A stretch of 64,000 nt of DNA, taken from positions 35,588,001 through 35,652,000 of the forward strand of contig NC_043005.1 of NCBI RefSeq assembly GCF_006345805.1, given 5' to 3'. Shown here in pieces: positions 55,235-64,000 of the stretch. The position numbers were made by a program, and so were the translations under genes. The number at the start of each line of letters is the position of its first letter. Position 1 is the first letter of the stretch. The notes below the pieces were generated by a model that saw only the letters and a list, made by a program, of their open reading frames with translations, made no database searches and was not told the DNA's origin. The DNA comes from Octopus sinensis (taxonomy: Eukaryota).

Positions 55235-55560
55235 TACTCAGGACGAAAGGTGTTCCTCCATCAGGATAATGCTCGGCCGCATACAGCGAGGATGACATCC
55301 AAAGGCTGGAGCAGTTTGAATAGGAAATGATACTCCACCCACCGTATTCACCTGACATTGCTCCATCTGATTTTCGTTTATTCCGCAGTCGTCAAAATCA
55401 TTCGGACGAGAAAAATATGAATTCTGTAGACGAAGTCAGAACAGTACTGGAGGAGTATTTTTCGTCACGGATAAATGAATTTTGGAAGAGGGCCCTTGCA
55501 AATCTACCAGATAAATGGAAGAGCATTGTAGAAAATGAAGGAGAGTATATCTTAGATAAA
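55235..55560 (+). pseudogene. Mariner transposase C-terminal fragment
   Basis: FLHQDNARPHTA...LHPPYSPDIAPSDFRLFRS...LPDKWKSIVENEGEYILD. Confidence 0.92.
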
Positions 55561-55566
55561 AAAATA

Positions 55567-55995
55567 GGCGCAGGAGTGGCTGTGTTGTAAGTAGCTTGCT
55601 AACCAGCCACATGGTTCCGGGTTCAGTCCCACTGCGTGGCACCTTGGACAAGTGTCTCCTACTATAGCCTCGGGCCGACCAATGCCTTGTGAGTGGATTT
55701 GGTAGACGGAAACTGAAAGAAGCCTGTCGTATATATGTATATGTATATATGTATTATGTGTGTGTGTTTGTGTGTCTGTGTTTGTCTCCCTAGCATTGCT
55801 TGACAACCGATGCTGGTGTGTTTATGTCCCCGTTACTTAGCGGTTCGGCAAAAGAGACCGATAGAATAAGTACTGGGTTTACAAAAGAATAAGTCCCGGG
55901 GTCGATTTGCTCGATTAAAAGGCGGTGCTCCAGCATGGCCGCAGTCAAATGACTGAAACAAGTAAAAGAGACTAAAAGAGAAGAGACTAAAGAGA
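55567..55995 (+). mobile_element. SINE family B, full length
   Basis: GGCGCAGGAGTGGCTGTGTTGTAAG...GACTGAAACAAGTAAAAGAGACTAAAAGAG. Confidence 0.95.
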
Positions 55996-56299
55996 CATTA
56001 TTTATGGGATGACCCAATAGATTTCAAGGACAGAAAACTTACGTATAGTGTGAGCAGTATTGTCTAGGGCTATTTTCTGGATTTCGTATATCCTAGGATA
56101 TTCCGGAAATATTTTGCGATGTCACTATCTGTTTTCATTATGATCGCTAATACTCCAACTACAACTAGTATTGTTTCCGTTTTTAAAATAGGCAGATCTG
56201 GCGTTTGGTGTTCTTTAAAAGAAAAAGATGAAAAGAAGGAGGCAGAGGAGGAGGAGGAGAAAAAACAAGAACAAGAAGAACAACAATAATACTGATTTT

Positions 56300-56810
56300 T
56301 AAATTTGGCACAAGGCCAGCAATTTCGAGAGAGAGTTTAAGTCGATTGCATCTACTCAAGTGTTCAACTATTGACCCCGAAAGGATGACAGGCAAGATGA
56401 TCTCACCGGAATTTGAACTCAGAACGTAAAGACGAGCGAAATGCCTCTAAGCATTTTGCTTGGCATTGCTAACGTTTCTGCCAGCTCGCTGCCTAAAATA
56501 ACAATCAACTTTACTTTCCCATCAAACGCTGCAGGCCCTGTACTTGAATTTGAAACCATTATTTGTTTGTTTGTTTAATTATTTATTTATTATTAAGGTG
56601 ATGGGTTGCTAGAATTGTTAACAAGCAGGATAAAATGCTTCACGGCACTTCGCCCAGCTTCACGTTCTAGGTTCAAATTCCGCTGAGGTCGACATTATAT
56701 TTTATCCTTTCGAGGTCGATGAAATGAATACCAGTTACTCACTGGGTCGATGAAATTGATAAGTCACCTTCCCCAAAATTTCAGGTCTTGTGCCTATAGT
56801 AGAAAGGATT
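56300..56810. mobile_element. Two old SINE A copies in opposite orientation (about 56300-56495 minus, about 56595-56810 plus)
   Basis: GAATTTGAACTCAGAACGTAAAGACG...CTGCCAGCTCGCTGCC, and GTTCAAATTCCGCTGAGGTCGAC...GTGCCTATAGTAGAAAGG. Confidence 0.75.
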
Positions 56811-57184
56811 ATTGTTATTATTATTGTTCCATGATGGCAGCTCAGTTCTTTCAAATGGAAAAGCGCCAAACTAGATGTGCTGCGCTATCTAGTTTCCTGT
56901 CCCAATCCTGTGAAACAGGAAAGAAGTTATCAAGTCTTAACGTTGAGTGTGTTCACTAATACAGATAGTTTCTACTCTTCACTGCTCGTTCTTTGGCAGG
57001 ATTAGAATAGAAGGTAATATGAGATAATATAACATAAATAAGAGTGGATGTTTAAATACATACACACACGCACGACGCACACAAACACTCACACACACAC
57101 ATGTATGTATATGTATATATATATATATGTATGTATATATATATATCATATATATATGTATATATACATACATATATGCATGCC

Positions 57185-57230
<46 letters not shown>

Positions 57231-58113
57231 TGTTTGTATATATATACATATACAGAGAGAGAGAGAGAGAGAGAGGGAGAGAGTCAGACGGAGACAGAGA
57301 GAAAGAGAGACATATATACATTTGTGTGTGCGTGTGAGGTGGGTATCAGAGATCTGATAAGCAGATAGCTACTACTGGTCGTTATATACGACAGTATAGT
57401 AGACGTTGGGCATGGTCGGGCCGACGGCAACTAAACCGACAACTTTACCGAGCTTGGTTGGTGATTTTTGGACACTGTGCTGGGCGAAAATACAAAACTT
57501 ATTAAATGACAGGTGGTCTCATGGGAGTATGTATGTACACACTCATATTATTTAAAGTAGTTTGATTCGGCTTTATGCAACTTAAAGTTTCGCAGGCTTC
57601 TGACGGGAAGCCAGCTCGTTCAATCACAGATTACCGAATGGAGAAATTCAGGAAGTCCAAGATAGCTACTGAAAGTCCAAGATGGGTGCTGAACATTGGG
57701 CAGTTGGGAAGATGGCCTGATTACCAAACGCAGAAGAAGAATGCTATACTTGGTAAAAAAAAGAAAAGTGTTATACAACAGACACATAAATAATTCGTTG
57801 AGGAGGAACCCAAGAAAATGGAAGAACCAATGGAATGGTTATATGATACTTTTCAGGTACCAATGACACAACAAATAATTGAACACAGATGCACAAGTGA
57901 AAGAAAAAGAAAATGTACGGAGTTCCTGGAAGTGGATGCCAAAGGAAAAGAATATTAAATTTATAATTGTATAGAAAAGAACATGAAAAAAGGGAGGTGG
58001 GGTAATGTAAAAATTATTGTTAATAAGAAGAAATCAAATCACACTCCCTAAGAAAAAACTTAAAAGGGAAGATGTTATGGGGATAATAATAATATTACTA
58101 CTACTACTACTAC

Positions 58114-58178
<65 letters not shown>

Positions 58179-59159
58179 GAACACCATTCCCACGTGACGA
58201 GTAGTATGTGATAGTCGTTACAAATACTGTGACGTCAAGTCGTGGTAGTTGATCATAGATAGTCCTGTCTTACTTGTCTAACTAACTATACTGCAATACC
58301 GGAGTGGATGTTATAACAGTCCGACGTTGGACCACAACAAGCACCATGTGACCCACCTTGACCAATAGCAGCGAATTTTTCAGGACCCATCTTTGACTTT
58401 CAGTAGCCATCTTGTTGACATAGCATGTATATATACATTTAGCATGCACGTAGCCTCTCTTCAGCTGTGCTTCATAAACAAGATTTATATCAAAATTGTT
58501 TTTGTTATTTGCATTTTTTCATCATATATAGTGGGCATGTATTGTATGCATCGCAAGCATTACATTCATGTAGGAAAATCCGAAAAGCATCACTAATGCA
58601 AACATACATGAGAGAGAGAGGAGAGAGGGGGAGAGAGGGAGAGAAAGAAATTGGTATACCTGTGTGTATACATATGTGTGTATGCGTGTATACACGTATA
58701 CACACACACACATATATACTTACACATACATATATGCATATGCATAAATATGTACTTAAATGTATGCAATACATGCATGTTTGTATATATATATATATAT
58801 ATATATTGGCGAATTAGGAAATATATTTTTCCCTATAATGTATTGATATTTTTCACTTTTCAGTTGCTAACATAAAGAATATGTTTTTTTTTGCACGCGC
58901 GTGTGTATACACGTATACACACACATAGATATATGCATAAGTATATACTTAAATGTATACACTACATGTATGCATGTTTATATATATATTTACACTTTCA
59001 GGCATACATAAATGCACATATCTACATGTGTGTGTGGTCTTCTTTTATATGTGTATTTTCTTTCAGTTCCACCCATAAAGAGGCGTTACGGTTTAAGTAA
59101 GAGACGAAGTTCCATCATTGGAATCCAGACAGTAACAACAATATAGAATTACATGGTAA

Positions 59160-59740
59160 ACCTTTAAAAAATGGCTGACATATTTTTAGTGTCCTGTTTA
59201 CAATATAGCTTCTAATTTACTTCGTTCTTTACTTAAAAACCTCAAATATTCAAGGTTTGCTAACATATATCAACTGCACCAATAATAACTGATTCAAATG
59301 TAAATATAAACTCATCTTAGAGAAGTGTACAAGTTCCGCAGCATTTATAAATAAATGTTCTCTTTTTCACTGGTTTTGAATAAGTTCTCATCCGTTAAGC
59401 AGCCAACTTCCACAAGAATACCATTTAATTTTCCGTTCCAGATGACAATGTCAGCGTCTTAAGTTTACATTCGGTAAATTTTGAAGAGGAATGTTCCACT
59501 AAATTTTCTGTATTGAAATGTGTAGACATACTTATATCAGCGATGTTTTTGTTACTTCCCCAGAAAAGTATTTCGTTCCTATAGCATTTTGTGTTGTTTT
59601 AGCAAAAATGTTCATGTTGCAGAAGCAAGTAAGGCTTTTATAATAGTTTGACGCAGCAGTTAATTCATTATATCTGTGGCACGTTCTAAAAACTGTTATA
59701 CAATCAACATTTTCGATCCCTTCTCGGTAGATTAGGGTGA
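59160..59740 (-). pseudogene. Degenerate C-terminus (Zn knuckle/RLE endonuclease) of an R2/R4/NeSL-type non-LTR element
   Basis: DADIVIWNGKLNGILVEVGCLTDENLFKTSEKENIY, then FESVIIGAV and TLKICQPFFK after frameshifts. Confidence 0.6.
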
Positions 59741-60030
59741 TGTTATAATTCATAGGTTTTTACAACCACTCCACCAAAATATTAGAGAAAACTTTTATCA
59801 TTCCTTTCACTTTAATAATGACTAAAAAAATAGAGTTGACAATTATGTAATACTTCTTTATTTGCCACGTTTAGGGACAAGTTTACAAGAGTTTAGAATT
59901 ATGAATATTTATTAAAACTGGTGATTTTTTCTCCTTTCGAATCCTTACAGTCCTAATCATCATATGAATCACTAGTTTAGAGATTTCATTATCATATTTG
60001 CTAATAAGATATTTGTAGCCGTCTTTTGTG

Positions 60031-60160
60031 AAGGCGCGTGGCTTAGCAGCTAGGGTGTTGCATTCGTGAACACAAGGTCGTGGTTTCGATTTCCTGACCG
60101 GGCGGTGCGTGGTATACTTGAGCAAAACATTTCACGTTTGCTTCACTCCACTCACCTTGT
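60031..60160 (+). mobile_element. SINE family D head, diverged
   Basis: AAGGCGCGTGGCTTAGCAGCTAGGG...GGTTTCGATTTCC...CTTGAGCAAAACA. Confidence 0.7.
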
Positions 60161-60423
60161 GACCTCTGTTACTTATACTCCATGGAAATCGAGTAGCAGA
60201 AATATGAATCTTGAGACATAAGGCAGTAAGTGTCCAGAGAGCTTACTTACACTCATCCTTAGATCACAATGGTATCATATTTAAAATATAGCTACGTGAA
60301 GCGCTGATAATCCAGAATTTTCTGTTGTCTCTGTCAGCAGGTTTATCGTTCTAAATTTACGTATGTATGTATGCATGTATGTATATGTGTGTGTGTGCAT
60401 GTATGTATATGTGTGTGTGCATG

Positions 60424-60491
<68 letters not shown>

Positions 60492-60889
60492 TAAAACTTA
60501 CTTAGAAATATAAATAATATATATATGCTTATATACATACGTATATGTACACGCTTACATATATACGTATATACATATGAATATGTGCGCACATGACGTC
60601 ACGGAATGTAAACAACATAAAAATACGAAAACGAGATACGAATTACGAATACATGGAATATGAATTTTTTGCAGTAACGAAAGAAACAAATGGAAAACAA
60701 AACATATAACATAACGAACGGCTGTTTTTCTAATCCGTATTTCGTGCAATTCAACGACAAGATATGCCTTCGATAAAACAGTTGCTGCCGCAAAGCAAAT
60801 TAAATAAAATTTGGACTTTTGGGTCGAAATTGGTAACAAAAACAGGTCGGTGAAAACAAGCAGGAAGAACTGCTAAGCCTAAACGAGGC

Positions 60890-61294
60890 AAGGTGGCGAA
60901 CGCGCAGAAACAATCTTGGTCTCCTGTCCAGTTGTATCTCCTCTCAATAAGAGAGTCAAATACTGTCAGATCATTGATGTAGCCATACCAAATGACATGA
61001 ATGTTGTGAGTAAAGAGGTTAAAAAGATCACCAAGTACTCTGAATTGAAAGTGGAAATGACAAGACTGTATGGAATGCGAGAGGGTGATGTAAAAGTGAT
61101 ACCAGTGGTGATCGGAGCGTTGGGTTCATTCACGTTGAAGCTTCAAAATTTCTTCAGGCAACTGGAGAATGATGTCTTGCATAAAGCAGCATTATTGGGC
61201 ACAGCGCACATCTTAAGGAAAGTATTATCTGTCTGAGGTCCTTGTTGTGACTTGACAAAGGATTGTTAATTTTTACCGACACTGTGTTACGAAG

Positions 61295-61295
<1 letters not shown>
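60890..61295 (+). pseudogene. R4/Dong-clade non-LTR retrotransposon 3' end (RLE domain, ORF ends at 61236) with a TAA tail
   Basis: GERAETILVSCP (CCHC relic), CQIIDVAIPND...KITKYSELKVEM...VIPVVIGALG...LHKAALLGTAHILRKVLSV*, short UTR, then (TAA)n. Confidence 0.9.
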
Positions 61296-61339
<44 letters not shown>

Positions 61340-61359
61340 TAACAATAATAATAATAATG

Positions 61360-61405
<46 letters not shown>

Positions 61406-61406
61406 T

Positions 61407-61476
<70 letters not shown>

Positions 61477-61520
61477 GTAATTATTATTATTGTAATTATT
61501 ATTATAGTATTATTATATTT
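61296..61520. repeat. (TAA)n switching to (TTA)n at about 61441
   Basis: Directly visible. Confidence 0.95.
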
Positions 61521-61703
61521 AAATAAATATTGAAGGACGCGCGCGCACACACATACACGCACATAATAAACATGCTTTCAACAACTTAATCTGTAGGAGT
61601 ATCTCAGCCGATTAATATGTAATGTCCTTTGCCCTGAAGATATTTCACTTGAGGTCTTCAAAATGCAAACTTATATCATATATCATTATTATTATTATTA
61701 TTA

Positions 61704-62396
<693 letters not shown>

Positions 62397-62784
62397 TATT
62401 ACTATTATTATTATTATATTTTGCAATTTGTATCGGGTGTGAATAGAAACAACCGTAGAGAATATTAATTAATAAATTAATGTATTTCCATTAAATCTCT
62501 CCATTTTCATACTTAATAATAATATCTGACATTTTTATAATGTGTTTATTTAAGAAATATCTCTTCGAAATATAATATTTTAAACCAGTGTAACTTGGAC
62601 AAAACTATCCCTATAAGACGTTTAAATATCCTCATAGTGACAAATTATTATATATATATATATAATATATATATATATACATATATATATAAAGTTAATC
62701 CAAACATGAAAACACAAAAAAACAAAAAACACAACGCGAGGACGTGGAACAAATAAAGTATTATTAGACGCTCAGGAAAGAAGG

Positions 62785-62839
<55 letters not shown>

Positions 62840-62986
62840 AAAAGCAATAAAGATTCAAGTTAATTTAAATGAATTTACTTGAATATGGTACCTAACTTAG
62901 ATGCACCAAAAAAAATATACGGTTTTTAACAATACAGTAATGTGGGGTGATTATAAGTGAGAAAGAAGCAACAAGAATGGATAGGT

Positions 62987-63077
62987 TTTTAGTACAATCG
63001 TTTCATACAAGGACAGGCTTTATTAAAAGTTGCAAAAATTGCAGCATATAAACGTGTCCCGTACTCATCAGCTAAAA
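62987..63077 (-). ncRNA. Type I hammerhead ribozyme, mirror copy
   Basis: Exact reverse complement of 63320-63410. Confidence 0.8.
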
Positions 63078-63319
63078 TACATGTGAGTTCTCTAGACATC
63101 CTAGTGGTTGAGGCTATACCCATGAAGTAATGTAGATAATTAAGTAACATAACAGATTTCCAAAGTTCATTAAAGTTCTTTAAAGATGATGTGATAAGAC
63201 TGTACATCATCTTTAAAGAACTTTAATGAACTTTGGAAATCTGTTTATGTTACTTAATTATCTACATTACTTCATGAGTATAGCCTCAACCACTAGGATG
63301 TCTAGAGAACTCACATGTA

Positions 63320-63410
63320 TTTTAGCTGATGAGTACGGGACACGTTTATATGCTGCAATTTTTGCAACTTTTAATAAAGCCTGTCCTTGTATGAAACGAT
63401 TGTACTAAAA
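63320..63410 (+). ncRNA. Type I hammerhead ribozyme, canonical core
   Basis: TTTTAG-CTGATGA-GTACGGGAC...GTCCTTGTAT-GAAA-CGATTG-TA-CTAAAA; 6-bp stem I, 9-bp bulged stem II, near-palindromic stem III; predicted cut after 63404. Confidence 0.8.
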
Positions 63411-63442
63411 AACCTATCCATTCTTGTTGCTTCTTTCTCACA

Positions 63443-63493
<51 letters not shown>

Positions 63494-63494
<1 letters not shown>

Positions 63495-63765
63495 TGTTGT
63501 GTCTGAGAAGAGTCATTTTCTATTTGTGCCTTATAATGTAACACACACCGGTAAAATTTCCACTTATTTCTTATTTTTATTTTCCTAAAATTTCCGTTGC
63601 GTCTTGCAACCTTTTCAGTAAGTCAAGACTATTGATTATTGAAAAGGTTGCAAGACGCAACAAAAATTTTAGGAAAATAACAATAAGAAATATGTGGAAA
63701 TTTTACCGGTGAGTGTGTTAAATAATAAGGCACAAAAAGAAAATGACTCTCCCCAGACACAACAG
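63494..63765. repeat. Foldback of the U3:A8-hammerhead pLTR family (arms 63494-63617 / 63640-63765)
   Basis: CTGTTGTGTCTG...CCTTTTCA pairs with TGAAAAGG...CAGACACAACAG; left end abuts (TA)n; right side runs to about 63826, then (TA)n. Confidence 0.9.
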
Positions 63766-64000
63766 AATATGCTTCAACACACAAACTCATATAAAGAATC
63801 TTGCAAACCAGATCCAAAAACGAAATATATATATATATACGTACAGATCGATAGGTATATGTATATGTATATTTATATGTATGTATGATGTATGCAAAAA
63901 CGCACACACACACACACTTATACAATATCTGCATATGAGAATGATTGTGTGTATGTGTATGCGCGTGTGTGTATTTGTGTGTGTGTGTATTTGTGTGTGT

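Larger units (their letters stand above)
62957..63441. repeat. Near-perfect palindrome: arms 62957-63192 and 63204-63441, 11-nt spacer
   Basis: By-eye alignment shows about 3 differences (two 1-nt indels, one substitution); right end abuts (TA)n; left arm extends to about 62838, then (TA)n. Confidence 0.97.

Noticed and set aside
57377-57440. HDV-like ribozyme signature GG-CAA-CTAA followed by a strand that could pair with upstream GTTGG
   Set aside because: No room for P3/L3 and P1 is only partial; at best a deleted relic
57540-58080. Purine-rich, coding-looking stretch before (TAA)n, possibly a LINE fragment
   Set aside because: No diagnostic motif recognised in any frame

Overview
Repeat-dominated, AT-rich animal genomic DNA, very probably Octopus (inferred from tRNA-derived SINE families of the type described from octopus as OK/OR1/OR2, plus extreme microsatellite density). 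I cannot support any host protein-coding exon, and most of the ORF track is translated microsatellite. The window holds four SINE families (called A-D here), a broken Neptune-type Penelope-like element (RT plus GIY-YIG), and fragments of CR1/L2, RTE, R4/Dong, another RLE-type LINE, mariner, hAT and Helitron elements. A 4.85 kb duplication spanning a 100-N gap looks like an assembly artefact. The most interesting signal is a set of small non-coding elements beside (TA)n microsatellites. They carry minimal hammerhead ribozyme (HHR) folds from several unrelated sequence families, including U3:A8 and A6U core variants, and several are arranged as foldbacks. The best case is a 485-bp near-perfect palindrome at 62957-63441 with a complete hammerhead in each arm. 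Other signals are apparent SINE-into-SINE self-targeting, a TAA-flanked non-autonomous element beside a Dong remnant, and a mariner built from two left ends. All alignments and RNA folds were done by eye, and some element boundaries are approximate.
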